Below are positions 38,200 to 51,854 of a DNA stretch of 64,000 bases, one piece after another. The stretch is taken from contig NC_043025.1 of assembly GCF_006345805.1 (NCBI RefSeq), positions 3,348,001-3,412,000 on the forward strand, written 5' to 3'. A program made the position numbers and the translations under genes. The DNA comes from Octopus sinensis (Eukaryota). Within the stretch, counting starts at the first letter, position 1. Each line of letters opens with the position of its first letter. The notes under the pieces were generated by a model. It was not told where the DNA came from and made no database searches. It saw only the letters and a list, made by a program, of their open reading frames with translations.

Positions 38200-38291
38200 C
38201 TCTGCTCCTGGACAGTTTGTCACTCCTGAATGATTGCACATCATCCCTGAACATGTCTGACACTGTAAATTCCGTTGAAACAACGAGTAAT
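38200..38291 (-). CDS. Adhesion GPCR-like exon 3 (Ly6/uPAR-like N-part): (N)YSLFQRNLQCQTCSGMMCNHSGVTNCPGAE
   Basis: gttctctAG|AT TAC...GAG|GTaaac; 92 nt, phase 1-0. Confidence 0.88.
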
Positions 38292-38991
38292 CTAGAGAAC
38301 GTAAATAAATATCCATATTTAGGAACCAAATAGTGTCATGCATAGCAATAACAAGAAATACTTTGTGATGTGAAGCAAATATATACGTGTTAAGTGTTGG
38401 AATTAATACGTGTTAGACATATAATCCAAATTATTACGGAAGACTATAAACATGTTCTTATACATTAACAAAGACTATAAACCTTTTCCTAATTTATGAA
38501 CTATAAACATGTGAACAATAAACATGGTCTTAATGCATGAACTGAGCCAAAAAATATTTGAATAAAATTAGAAAACATTAGCAATAGTATGCTGCTCTTT
38601 TGAATATATAAGTTTAAGGATGTATGTCAGTATTCAGTTTTATTTGAAGATTTCTTGCCAATTAGGAGAGAACCGGTTTCTAATCTAGGCTCTTCATTAG
38701 AGTTTCAACAACATTAACAGGGTACTTTTATATGTATGTATGTATGTAGTATGTATGTATGTATGTATGGTATGTATGTATGTATGTATGTATGTATGTA
38801 TGTATGTATGTATCTACGTATGTATGCATGTATGTATCTACGTATGTATATATGTATGTATAAGTACAGATTCGTATGTTTTGCACTATGTATGTATTCT
38901 CATGCATACACTTGCGAATCTAGACATAATTGTATATATATAAATGATAAACTTGTGGAGAGTTGTACAGATTTTTACAGTTCCGGTGATG

Positions 38992-39057
<66 letters not shown>

Positions 39058-39589
39058 GCAAAATGAAAGGACAAACTGCTTGGCAAGACTTGTCAAGGAC
39101 ATTTAATTTAAATATATAATAAAATGTTATAATACATAGTCTATTAGTCTTTTATTCTTTTACTTGTTTATGAATTTATTTTCCAAGACTTCTGATGTGA
39201 AATCCCGTGTTGAAACACATATTGTTGTATTTCGGGATGGTCATATTTTTTCGCCAAATAAATATACCTTTATTATTGTTCTTATTCTAACTCATGACCA
39301 TTGTCTGAAAATCTTTCGTCGCACATCTGTGACCTCTTCAGTGACACGTTTCGTCTTCGTGTGTGGCCCTGCTCCACATATTTGATTCTACTCTTCTTTT
39401 GGAAAGTTGTATGTATGTATGTATGTATGTATGTATGTATGTATGTATGTATGTATGTACGTGTATATCTGTGAGTATGTGTGTGTATGTGTGCATGTAC
39501 GTGTGCACATATACATTTCTATACATAATGACGTGTATGTTTTCTTGGGTGGTGTACGTAATCGATCCCCATATTATGTCCATCACTTG

Positions 39590-39990
39590 GAACCATGGCT
39601 GCCTTTAACAGAGGCTTCTTCTCTGTTGTAAACAATCAAGGCATGTCTCTGGTTTGAGGATATCTTCCTCCCTTTTCTCCAGCCAATCACAGCAGCCTTG
39701 GAAAGGGTCACGGTAAAGACATTTACCAGCCTCATATACTCAAAACAAGTCTTGTTCGTGATCCGATCTAGGTGAACACTGGCCCATAATATCAAGGACA
39801 TCTTAAAGTATCATAGAGGCATCCTACTTGGCAAAGCATCACCAGTCACTCGATGTTTTCGCTTCACCGACCACTCTACCCAACGCCTCTCGATTTTCAA
39901 GTTGACCTTCAGCACCGGATTCTCCATTTCTTCAGGAAAGTGATGTATATCTTCTATCTCAAAACTTATATAACTTTTGATTTCAATTCC
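39590..39990 (-). mobile_element. Possible RTE-type LINE C-terminal remnant
   Basis: Weak R..G.P..R.KDVL-like motifs only. Confidence 0.3.
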
Positions 39991-41878
39991 TGCCCACGCC
40001 GCAGATTTTACACACACAAACATCTCACCTCGGTCATCATAGTTACTCTCTTCATACTTTATCACACACACACACACGCACACCTCTTCCCCTAGCGTCT
40101 TCTATCATTTACACATACATACAAACAAGTATACACTGGTACATGGACCCAGACATATTCATGCACACTTACTCTTCAGACACACACACACACATGTGCT
40201 CTCACACATTCACTTTCTTAAACCTTGCTTTGGTTTGTACCTCTAACTCATTCACGTCTCTCTCCTCCTTTTACCTTTCATTACTGCTTGGCCGCTATCA
40301 ACTGCAACCATTTCACTCCCATATACATAACCGCCACGCAATCGCTCTTCTTCCGTCTCTCACTAATTGTGTTCACTCTTCTTCCAATAAAAAAACACTT
40401 TTGCTCTTCTCTCCTCCTTCTGACACCCATTTTCTTACCCTCTCTTCACACATGTGTACCAACGCCTTGATTGAACCGTCTACATTATTTGATCTTCATG
40501 AAGTGTGCCATCTTGTCAGACTTTTTATATTCCTGATTTTTCTTTTGTTTCTTGGAATTTATCTTGTCTTGATATTTGATCTTCTCAAATAATTTTCTTC
40601 TCGCATTCGAATTTTAGCTTCTAGTTTCTGCTGAATCTCTCCATGTCACGTCTTACAGTCTTTACATTGTTCACAAAGCATTGAGCAGCAAGCATGATGT
40701 TAGCATTTTGATAACCGGTACGAAACATAATGATACATGTGACTGTTTTCCAATATTCAGATGGATCCCAGTTCTCCATGTCAGCTAAATTTTTCTCAGC
40801 TACAACTTTATGTTTATGCTCTCCAACGCCATTGACTGTTCACGAATACCTTAAGCTTTTCCTGAAAAAATGGGATATAAAGATCGTCATATTTAATCCG
40901 AACACTGCACATTTTCCTCCATATGTTCATCCTCTATGTTCATTATTCTAGTGAGGGTCATGAAGATAGAGTCCTGAAGTACCTCATGCATAGGGTCCTA
41001 TCAAAAGCAATTGTCAATACACTTTCTGGCTGGATTCTCGAACGGGACCGACTGAAACTGGATATTATCTCACCATCTTGTTCTTGGTCTACCCTTAGAT
41101 TTTCTGCCGGTTTGGAGAGGCGCCGTCATCTCCGAAGCATGGACCCTGTCAAGTAGTGTTATTCTAGAGATTCTTCGGAGGAAATTAATTTCGGCCTCTG
41201 TTTTTTTGTGATCACACTCTTCCGGTCGTTAATCAACATTCATGTCCATAGATGAGGGTAGGCTTTCTTACCAAGCTGCCCTTTTCTGAGGATCGAATAC
41301 TAGAGCATTTATTGTACCTCGGGGAGGTCATTATGCCAATAAAAAACGCTCGCACTTGTTCAATTTCACTTCTTTATGATTCGTCAATTTGTTTAATCAT
41401 TTGTTAACGAATTATTCTCTCAACCAGTTATGGTTGTTAGAGACATTTTGTCGCCATTCACGACCTCTTCAATATCAATCTTATCTTCTGGTTCTATGCT
41501 TATGTAGTCGTACGGATGTGAGTGAGAATGTATGTGAGAGAGGGTGAGTTAGAAGGAGGATGTGTCTCTGTACATGTGTGTATGTGAATGCCCATTCATG
41601 CCTGCGTGCGCTGTTGTGTGTATGTGTGTGTCATTATGTGTGCTTGTGTGTGTGTGTGTGTGTGTGTGTGTCAATTAGGGTTTGTGTGATACAGTTGACT
41701 CCTTAAATGCATCAGAAAGAATATGTGAAGCGTATGGATGGTAAAACGTTTATTTCTTTATATCTGTATCTGTTGTTCCTGTTTCGTAAGACATTATATT
41801 GTGAGCTGCAGAGAATAACCGGAATTTTCTTTGTGTTAATAATAAAAGAACAAGAGAAACAAGGAGGATTTTACTAAC

Positions 41879-42036
41879 TTGTACATTGCGAATATTTCGG
41901 TATTGGTATTCTTTTGCCGAGATCTGACTGACACTCGCCACTGACATTCACAGTTCTGTTATAGTTATTTCTCATATATTTCACCAAGGCTGGCAGGTGA
42001 CATCCACACATCAAATCCTTATTGCCTTTGAGGTAG
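41879..42036 (-). CDS. Adhesion GPCR-like exon 2 (LRRCT): YLKGNKDLMCGCHLPALVKYMRNNYNRTVNVSGECQSDLGKRIPIPKYSQCT
   Basis: aattacAG|C TAC...ACA A|GTtagt; 158 nt, phase 2-1; L.GN...C.C.L...C...C cap pattern. Confidence 0.88.
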
Positions 42037-42829
42037 CTGTAATTATAAAGAGAACTCTAACTGAATACGCTTCAGATCAAAAGAGAAACTTCTGTTTGAT
42101 TTAAGAAGAAACAAGGTTTATAAAATTTGAGCAAGCTTATTAAAGTTATGACATTCAGGTTTATTTTTTCCAAAAGATGCTGATAGCATCAATAATGTGA
42201 AATGGTTTTTACTGGAAAGTGGAACCATATAAAGTTCCTGTTCTCTTTTAGCTAACATTGTTGAATAATAAAGTGCCTTTAAGCGAGAAGACTATTAGCC
42301 ACTTGAAATGATTCCATTTTATGGTGGTTTAGGGCGGTTTTGGTGTCGGAGGTTTGGTAATAACAACCTGGCCATTGTTTCTGACTAAAACACATTTTGA
42401 CGGGACGTTGTGGCACTAGGAACGTTGTGATTGTTCTACGCACCAGCTGTCTTTAAGGTTGGAGATGTACCACTGCAGAAACTGAAGAAGTACAGAGATG
42501 TATTCTTTTTTAGTTTCTATGGCAGACATGCACGTGAATGCTCATAATTAGCAAGGAGAAAATAAAATGATAAAGGTTTATTTTTCGAAATATCATTAAA
42601 TATTTTCTGCTTTTTCTAAACAATAATGATGGCATGGCACAGCCATTTGGCTCACCAATTCTGTGCTTCATCTTTCCCTTCTTTCCATGCCATAACTTCC
42701 CTTCGTAATCTGGTGTGTTTATTTAAATAGTCTACGAATGTATATAGTGAATTTCTCTGTCCTGGGTGTCGGAAAGACACTCGGCAAGAAATGGAAACAA
42801 AATTGAAAGAATGAAATTACCCAGCTGGA

Positions 42830-43860
42830 TGACAAAAGGAAAGATATTGTTATGTGCCGAGGATCCTGAAAAGGGAAATGTTGCATCCAACTTTAGACCA
42901 ATAACAGGCTTCTGCTAATGTGGAAACTAATGTCAGGTGTTTTGGCCGGTGAACCGTATAGATTCTTGAAAAAAGTGGACTGCTAGATATTGAACAGACA
43001 GGGTGCCGAAGGAGGGGTCGGGGAACGAAGGATCAGCTCTTAATTGATGATCTAATTAGCAGGAACTGCAAGAAACGACACACAAACCTGAACATGTTAT
43101 GGTTGTCAATCTTAAAGCAAACGATATGAAAGCACTCACCTGGATAATAAGAACAATGGGAATGTATGGAATAGTAGAAAATATGTGAAGCCTCACATGG
43201 AATGGCATGAAGGACTCGTGAACGAAATTGGCAGCATGGAATCAAGCATTAAGAGAGGCGAAAATCAAAAAGAGGAATCTTCCTGGGAGATAAAGTGCCC
43301 CCACTGATCTTCGTGCTAAGAATGATTTCCTTGATTGAAATACTACAGAAGACAAAGTTGGGGTATGATCTGGGAAGAGGTAAAGGAAAACTAAACCACT
43401 TGCTATTCCTGGACGACCTGAAGCTATTCACAAAAACTGAATCAGAACTGGACAGCCTAGTCCAGTCTGTGCGGATTTTATCCAATGAAATTAAGATGGA
43501 GTTTGGAGTCTCAAGATGTGCTACGACGGTGATGAGACGAGGAAAGCTTCTCAGGACAAGGCATATGGTTGCTAAGTGGTGAAAGGATGAGGGCAATTCA
43601 ACCTCGATCCAGCTATAAATACCCGGAAATACTTGAGGCAGATAGAATCAAACACAACGACATGAAGGAAAAGACAAAAAGAGAGTACCTGAGGCGAGTG
43701 AGAAATATATTGGCTTCGAAGGTAAATGCCAGAAATTTCGGCAATAAACTCGCACGCAGTCGCAATAGTTCGGTATGGCGCTGGAATCGTGAAGTGGAGA
43801 GAGAAGAAACTAAAGGAGATGGACAGGAAGACAAGAACAATGAACAGGGCTTACATCTCT
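42830..43860 (+). mobile_element. R4/Dong-type LINE RT fragment
   Basis: [25 protein letters not shown]...ELDSLV..MEFGVSRCA, KREYLRRVRNILASK. Confidence 0.8.
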
Positions 43861-43889
43861 TACGGCTGTTATTCAAAGTACGGCGTGCA

Positions 43890-44050
43890 GATACTCTAAT
43901 GTTAGACTTCCTGGAGTCAGAAGTAGAGATTAATAGTTCTCTTATATTTCTATTCCGTCTAAATGCTACAATAGGCTTTGTTGAAGTGAAAATATTTTCT
44001 GCTTTGAATCAAACTGTATTTCAGGTTCAGCATGAACTAAGCTCACATTT
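43890..44050 (-). mobile_element. PLE fragment
   Basis: KPIVAFRRNRNIRELL linker motif found upstream of PLE GIY-YIG domains. Confidence 0.55.
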
Positions 44051-44999
44051 CTTTCTTTTGGTCTTTAATTATTCTTCACATATAAACGCAAACGAATATA
44101 TACGAATATAATTATTTGGGGACATATTACAGAATTCCGCGTATCAGAATTGGTAAGGTACAATTAAATAGGATGGAGAGAAAGAGAGAATATCTTCTTT
44201 AGATAGCATTCTAGATATACTTCGGAGACGTAAGACAAACATGATACAATAAAATGTATCGGTCAAAGAGACTACAGGGAGTATACATAGGAATGCAGTA
44301 TATAGATGACATACAATATATAGTGGACATGTATAGGTAATATACTACATGATATACCAAACAGGTAACAAACTAGATTTAGATGATATACAAGATATAT
44401 GTAGCTAATCTATAACATACAGATTACCAACTATTAGATAGAGCTGACCTCCTAGCTACAGCCGGCAAACACATTAGGTATTTTGGTCAAAGTCGATAGT
44501 TTTTGCTGACCTGCAAGGTATTGCTGAGTAAAATACCAGTTATATCTGATATAATAGCTTTAATTGATAAACATCCTAAATAAATCTGGAAATTAAGGCA
44601 GGTATATCTGAAATAATAGGCTTTTCAAATAATTCGCTCACATTCGTCACTCATTTTTTTAACAAAAATAATCTTCAGAAAAGAGAATGTTCTGAACCCT
44701 TTACACTTTGGCCGAACCATTACCGAGTATTTACTTATTAATTTATTTATTAATTTACTTTTTAAGTTACCGTAACCACGCTACAATTATTTTAATTCTA
44801 AATTATTTATTCCTTCAAGAAAATATTTTGTTTTAATTACTATGTCATCCTTTGTTAATACGATGTTAATTTCTTTCCTTCGTAATTCTCATTAATTCAA
44901 TCAGTCTTCTGAATCAGTGACTGCAACCATAGCTACGACCTGGCGCGATGTGTAATGAGCAGTATGGATGTAGTATCCTTATACCCATCCATTGATGTT

Positions 45000-45900
45000 G
45001 ACACAGAAGAACTGGGCCCCTTCCTGAAACTGACAGTTGACAAGGCTTACTTAGATGAATATGACATTAGTCGTTTCTGTCCCACTACATCGGTAAAGGG
45101 TTGACCCCCTACTATCACCTCAGTGGCCAAGAAGACTCCTAGAGAGAGAGATGGAACGGGTGGACCAGCGCTATACCAACCACTCAAAATGATGATCGTG
45201 TAAAAGAGATGGTTGCACGTGCGATGAGTACGAGCGAGTCCCCGGGTGACAGTTAAGGGCCACATATTCAAGTTTAATAACAAGATATACGCCTAAGAGG
45301 AAGGTGTAGCCATCGGTGTGAGTGTCGCTGATGATGAGGCTAACCTATTTATGTTATGGTCGGATAGGGACTCAAAGGGAGATTAGCAGGGAACTCTAGA
45401 ACCCTAACCATGTGCTGCCCCTATGTGGTTGATATCGACATAGTGGCCAAAGTGAAATAAAGTTACAGTAGACAGCCCTAACACGCACCCGAAATATAGG
45501 CTACTGGATTTAGATGCGGAATACTGGCTGGAAACTAAGAATAGTAAGGTCCAGGTCTTTCATTTCCACTATGCCCAACCTATGGCTTCTAAATACTTGG
45601 ACCACAAGAAGGAAGCTACTGCAGACAACGCAAGTTTCATATTCTAATAGTGGACTTGGTGAGAGTGATGAGGAATGTGTCACGCATTTGAGACCTTTGT
45701 GAATTGGAAAGACATATAGAACACTTCATCCACTGCGTACAGGTCACTGGCTACAACCAAAAGAACAGGATTAGAGTGTACAAAGAAGCCAGGGCTAAGT
45801 ACAAGGCCATCATAAAAAGTGATGGAAACGGGATGCAAATGAACCAGGAAAAACATAGATAAGTCCAACTCATGGTATGACAACAAGAAATAACAGAATG
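45000..45900 (+). mobile_element. Decayed PLE reverse transcriptase
   Basis: FKFNNKIYA*EEGVAIGVSVADDEANLFMLWSDR, a YVVDID catalytic-like remnant, and Y.KPMASKY-like thumb region. Confidence 0.7.
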
Positions 45901-47398
45901 TCATTTTCGTTGATGTTGACCCAAATGGCGAACAAGCATACCATCTTAGAAAAGGAAAATCTATGGATAAAAGTAGTAGAAAGGCCGGAAACCCATATAA
46001 AATCTTGATCTGTAGAACTTACTCCTTCGGTAGGTCCCTACATGTACGGGAAACAATTGCATAGTATGAAAGCACAGGTTAACTGTGAGATTAGGAATGT
46101 AGTCTAAAGTTTACGGAGTATTGAAGGACGGTGCAGAAACAAGACAGCTTACAAAGGGGAGACAGCACCCACAATAGGGGAGCAAGTAGGCGAATACTGG
46201 CGAGAGCTCAAAGAGAAAAAAAGGCTCGTCATTGTTCAGCTAATATGCCAAACACAACATAGAAGCTCGGTTAATAACATAGAGGCAGTTGTAGAGGAAT
46301 TCCAGATCATTATAAATTTAAGACATGATGCGGATAAAGCTGTAGAACAAGACTGGTCTCATATTCATGCGAGTAGACCTGTAACGGATAAGAAAAAAGC
46401 AAAACAAATGTTACGACTCAATCCATACTATTGGTGCGGAGGCTTACATTTTAAGTGTAACTGGTCTTGTAAAACTTTTTAATATTTTGAGTCTGGGAAA
46501 TTCGGATATAAAACCCCACATCGCAGAGCGAGAAAAGAAAGTTCGAACGAATAAAAATCTTCGAAGAAAGTATTGCTAACAAAACAATCTAAACGAGGCT
46601 CAGAAAAGCAAATTTGTGTTCTTGAAAATGAATAATGTGGAATGCCAAGTTACAATTGGATACGTGCCGAGATATCACAACACTAAACGCAGATACGTGG
46701 AGAAAATCGGAAAACATAGGTCGAAAGAAAATTTGAAAATTGCACGTGATGTTTCAGGAAAAATTTGCGTTTGAAGGGCAAAATGATAAGTGATGTGACA
46801 TTTCGTGGAGAAACCTTAAAAGCCAAGGGTTTAGTGCGGAATAATATGACAAATGTATTTGAAACAGACTGGATGGAATTATTTAACTGATGGGACTTCA
46901 CCATCATTTTGTTTTTGTAAAAATGTGAATGGTTCTTCCGGAGGAATTAAGAAAAGAATTAAAGAAAATTTTTCTTATGAATTTGGTTTTTGTACCAAAC
47001 AAAGGCGAAGGTTCAAGTAAAAGAAAATTTTCTACCGGTATTTAAACCAAAAAGGACTGTACTTTTGTCAACGTCAAAACGAGTTAACGAAGAGTTGGAT
47101 AGACTTGAAAAGCTTCGAGTTATTGAAAAACTTGACAACGCTGAATGGGTGTCCCCAACAGTTTATATCAAGAAAAAAGATCTGTGTATATGTTGAGTTT
47201 TCAACAGAGATAAACGAATATTTGATGCCATATAATTACCCCTTACCAAGTCCGGAAGAAATTTTCGCGAATTTGGAGGAAATTTTTTTCGAAGTTGGAC
47301 CTATCTGAAGCACACCTGCGGGTACAAGTTGATGAGAAATGTTCAAAATTACTAACGATAAATACCCATATAGGAGTGTATAAATTTAATCGACTTCC
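45900..47398 (+). mobile_element. Ty3/gypsy (K02A2.6-like) gag-pol remnant, truncated in RT
   Basis: TKAKVQVKENFLPVFKPKR, ELDRLEKLRVIEK..WVSPTV, YNYPLPSPEEIFA, LDLSEAHLRVQVDEKCSKLLTINTH. Confidence 0.85.
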
Positions 47399-48002
47399 GG
47401 CGCTTGACATTTTTCTAGAGAACCCATTTCTCGTCACCAGTCATTATTTGGTTCAAAAAAGGTTCACTCTTGAGACGTGACATGAAAGAAGATCACAGAT
47501 TCATTCTCCCCGCGGGATTAAACTCAGAAAGTTTGAGGGAAACCAATTGACCCAATTCTCTGACGTTTCCGATGGCATGCAGGTATCGAAGAATGGTTGA
47601 ATGATCAAATCCAAGCTTATCTGCCAGTTCCTCAACAGTTACGATGGAATTTTTCAGAACGTCCTCGTCGAGTTCTACAGATCTTCCTGGTTGAGGCTTG
47701 TCTTCTAGGCTGTAGATTCCGACTCGGAAGTTTTGGCGCCATTGTTGACACTGGTTAAACTTATTCCTCGCACTTTCCATTGCATTATTGCCTTTATTGA
47801 ACTCATGAAGCAAAATAAGCCGAATATGTTCCTTTGTCACTTCCATTATAGCTTTGAAAATATAACTGTTAAAATCGAACTGCACGCTTCAAAACTTACA
47901 CTAAGAATATGTTCAAGGTAGAACTACTACCTGCTTTTATAACAAGTTGATGCAGGTAGTTCATGCAACTGAAAAAACGCATTATTTATGGGATGACCCA
48001 GT
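47399..48002 (-). mobile_element. Mariner transposon, 5' half (TIR + N-terminal transposase to TGDEKWVL)
   Basis: TIR CTGGGTCATCCCATAAATAATG; MEVTKEHIRLILLHEF...LEDKPQPGR...EPFLNQIMTGDEKWVL*KNVKR. Confidence 0.88.
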
Positions 48003-48765
48003 TTGTACATAAACACACACATGTATAATTATTACTATTATTATTATTATTATGATATATTCACATGATTACCAAATTATCAAAAGTAATAATATCCGTA
48101 ACATTTCCATTCCGACATGTTTGATGATTGGTGCTTTCGCCTCTGCATTTCCACCATGAAACCATTTGGTAATTTGATTATCGCAAGAATATAATATTCT
48201 TTCTATTACAAGCACAATGTCTGAAGATTTATGGCTGGGGTCTTATCGATTACATCCACCTTAGTACGCGATTGGTATTTAACTTATCGTCTCCGAAAGG
48301 CTGAAAAGTAAAGATTGCCTCGGAATTTGAACTCAGAGCGTATAAACGGAAGAAATAGCGCCAAGCACTTTGTCCAGCATGATAACGATTCTGCAAGCTC
48401 GTCGTCTTCAATTTTAGCACAAGGCCAGCAAGTCCAGCAAAGCGTGTAAGTCGGTTATAGCGGCCCCTCTCCTCAACTGGTACTTAATTTATCAATCTCT
48501 AAATGATGAAAGGTAAAGTCGACCTCGGCGTAATTTGAACTCAGAACATAAACACGAACAAAACGTCGGCGACCATTTCTTTTTGGCCAGCATGCTAACG
48601 GTTCTGCCGGTTCGCTGCCTTGGTCTATGATATAACATTAAATAAACTATACTAATATACCAATTTTATTGCCTAATAACAGACCCCCAGTGCTTCTTTT
48701 TTTTCCTGATTTTTAGGTAACTACATACACATACACACACACACATACACAAACACACACACACA

Positions 48766-48824
<59 letters not shown>

Positions 48825-48839
48825 GATATGATGTTTTAG

Positions 48840-49290
48840 TTTCGATACTGTATAATGAGATTCGCTCCGCGGATAATCCGGACGACAAAGAAATAAAACT
48901 CACAGTATACTGGAAGCCGTAGTCACTCATAATAAAAAGGAGTACTGGTGTAATGTCCCCGTGAAAATCTCAATAAAATGTAGACACAACAAACCTGACA
49001 TAGTGATTTGGGATGGAGAAGAGAAATTGTGCAGAGTTGTTGAAATCAGCTGCCCAGCGGACATAAACATAAAGCTGAAGATCTGCGAAAATGAAAATAC
49101 CTACGATAAACTATTAAGAAATTTGCGGTTACTCTATCCAGATTACAAGTTCAGGTTTATACCTGTAATTATTAGGACCCTGGGATATGTAACACACTAC
49201 CTAAATACTAATCTTGAGAGATTAGGCTTCACAAAACCAGAAAGTAGAATAATGAGCAGTGGTCTATCTGCAGACGGAATCATCTTCCAT
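48840..49290 (+). mobile_element. R4/Dong-type LINE restriction-like endonuclease fragment
   Basis: NKPDIVIWDGEEKLCRVVEISCPADIN...FIPVII..LG (PD-(D/E)xK-type region). Confidence 0.75.
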
Positions 49291-49329
49291 GTATAAATTC
49301 ATGGAACTTCTTTACCGCAGATTTCATGG

Positions 49330-50584
49330 CTGATGTTTCTTTCTCTATTTGACTCTAACTTTTCTCAGCCGGAAATAAGGAACGCAAAACACGAGCTACA
49401 GCTTTCACGATACCATCTTCATATTTGTGTAAAATTACAGCTCAAATACCAAATTTTACTAGCATTTGATGCCACTACCATTTCTAAATTCGGGTCAAAA
49501 CGTGATAAAGACAATTCTGACGTTAAGATGCTTTTAATTTCTTTAAAATCATTTTGGCATTTGTCCGACCAGTTCCACTTAACGTCCTTTTAACAAGTTA
49601 ATCAGCGGTGCTCTCAAATCATGCATATACGCTATGTGTACCTGGTAGTAATTTGCGAGCCCCACCCCAATGCTTGTAACGTTGTAATGTTTGTCGGGGG
49701 AGGCATATTCTATATTGCACTCGCCTTTGACGGGTCTGGTCTACGTCTATTTTCATCTATAATCTGCCCGAGATATTTTATTCTTGGCACAAGAAATCCA
49801 CAGTATTCCTCGCTAAACTTAATCTTTTATTTTTTCGAAGACCTTTTTAACATGCTCAGCATGCTGACCACGAGATTCACTTATTTTGATTATGTTGCCA
49901 GGATAAGCTATTGCGAAATACGAACCTGCGAGCATAGTGTCCCTAACTTGCTGGAACCTACTTGGTGCTAACATAATACCAAAAGGAAGTCGACTAAATT
50001 TATATATTCCTTTATGGGTATTTATCGTTAGTAATTTTGAACATTTCTCATCAACCTGTACCCGCAGGTGTGCCTCAGATAGGTCCAACTTCGGAAAAAT
50101 TTTCCTCCAGATTCGCGAAAATTTCTTCCGGACTTGGTAAGGGGTAATTATATGGCATCAAATATTCGTTTATCTCTGTTGAAAACTCAACATATACACA
50201 GATCTTTTTTCTTGATATAAACTGTTGGGGACACCCATTCAGCGTTGTCAAGTTTTTCAATAACTCGAAGCTTTTCAAGTCTATCCAACTCTTCGTTAAC
50301 TCGTTTTGACGTTGACAAAAGTACAGTCCTTTTTGGTTTAAATACCGGTAGAAAATTTTCTTTTACTTGAAACTTCGCCTTTGTTTGGTGTAAAAACCAA
50401 ATTCATAAGAAAAATGTTCTTTAATTCTTTTCTTAATTCCTCCGGAAGAACGATTCACATTTTTTACAAAAACAAAATGATGGTGAAGTCCCATCAGTTA
50501 AATAATTCCATCCAGTCTGTTTCAAATACATTTGTCATATTATTCCGCACTAAACCCTTGGCTTTTAAGGTTTCACCACGAAAT
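49330..50584 (-). mobile_element. Ty3/gypsy RT-RNase H remnant; 49985-50584 is an inverted duplicate of 46800-47398
   Basis: KFSRLPFGIMLAPSRFQQVRDTMLAG, FDPNLEMVVASNAS, AEKS*SQIEKE. Confidence 0.85.
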
Positions 50585-51125
50585 CACAGGCTAAAGAGGT
50601 CTCCACCCACGTAAAGTGCTGTTATCCTCTTTGAGATTTTAAACCGGAAACCAAACGATAACAAAGGAGAACTACTACAAGCAGCTTGAGTAGATTAATT
50701 CAGCGCTAGAAGAAGAATCACCATCTTTGGTTTCAAGACGAAAGGTATTCTTCCATCAGGATAATTCTCGGCCACATACAAGAAGATTGAAATTCCAAAG
50801 GCTGGAGCAGTTTGAATGGGAAACGTCACCCCACCCACCTTATTCACCGGACATTGCCTCATCTGATTATCATTTATTCCACAGTCTTCAAAATCATTTG
50901 GACCGAAAAACATATGAATTCTGTAGACGAGGTCAGAACAGTAATGGAGGGGTATTTTTGTCACGGACAAGTGAATTTTAGATGGGCCTCGCAAGTCTAC
51001 CAGATAGATGGGAGAGCGTTATAGAAAATGAAGGAGAGTATATTTTTAGATTAAAAAAGAACTTTGTTTATCTTAATTTTGAAAAATAAAAGATTAAAAG
51101 CTGCATTATTTATGGGATGACCCAA
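50585..51125 (+). mobile_element. Mariner transposon, 3' half (C-terminal transposase + TIR, then TA)
   Basis: LHPRKVLL, FHQDNSRPH, HPPYSPDIASSDYHLFHSL; TIR CATTATTTATGGGATGACCCAA|TA. Confidence 0.9.
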
Positions 51126-51425
51126 TACATACCCATACACAAGCATTTATGCATGTATGTGTCTGGGCCATTATATCATCTCCAGTTTATTATGTATATT
51201 TATAAACATGGATGAAATTAGGCTAAATCAACCCAGATGCTATCTGAACATAGATTTACAATGATAAAACACAATACTCGGAAATAACCTTTTCGAACCA
51301 CTAAAATTAAAAGCAATTCATCGTTATTTATTGTCACCTGTCTTTCACAAAGAACTGAGAAACTGATGATCTCTTCTATATAAGATCTTAATTTTCCAAT
51401 AAGCAAAGAGATTCGTTTTACTTAC

Positions 51426-51497
51426 ATGTGACTTATGCTGGGGAGGAATAAGAAAGCACCATCCTCATAGTTTTTTATTCGATTATCATGCAAATAT
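51426..51497 (-). CDS. Adhesion GPCR-like exon 1 of those found (single LRR): YLHDNRIKNYEDGAFLFLPSISH(I)
   Basis: tttcttttttcAG|A TAT...CAC AT|GTaagt; 72 nt, phase 2-2, the typical size for one LRR per exon; joins in frame to the LRRCT exon. Confidence 0.85.
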
Positions 51498-51854
51498 CTG
51501 AAAAAAGAAAGATAAATATTATACACATTAAAATAAAAGTAAATAAATCTGTTTTCTCTTGTTCAGTACTGTCTAAAATGCTCTTTACTCAACACGAACT
51601 GAATAAATGTTCATGTTCGCAGTTCAGTTGTTTATTTCTTTGAATTGTTCTTATGGCAGTGTTGTTTGAACAGGAATAGGTTCCTTCAATCTGATTCAGA
51701 TTTCCTAAGCTAAGAGAAAATCTTTTGTGAAACCCCTAACAACAAAAGATGGAAGATGATAAAATATAAAAATGACACAACAACGAGACTCTGTTATGTG
51801 CATATCATGGGGTCTATACAACATTCTCATCTATGATAGAAATATTATTTTCCA

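Noticed and set aside
42330-42490. Minus-strand Cys-containing peptide (…CHNVPSKCVLVRNNG…) near the LRRCT exon
   Set aside because: In-frame stop, no usable donor, and phase incompatible with the exon chain.
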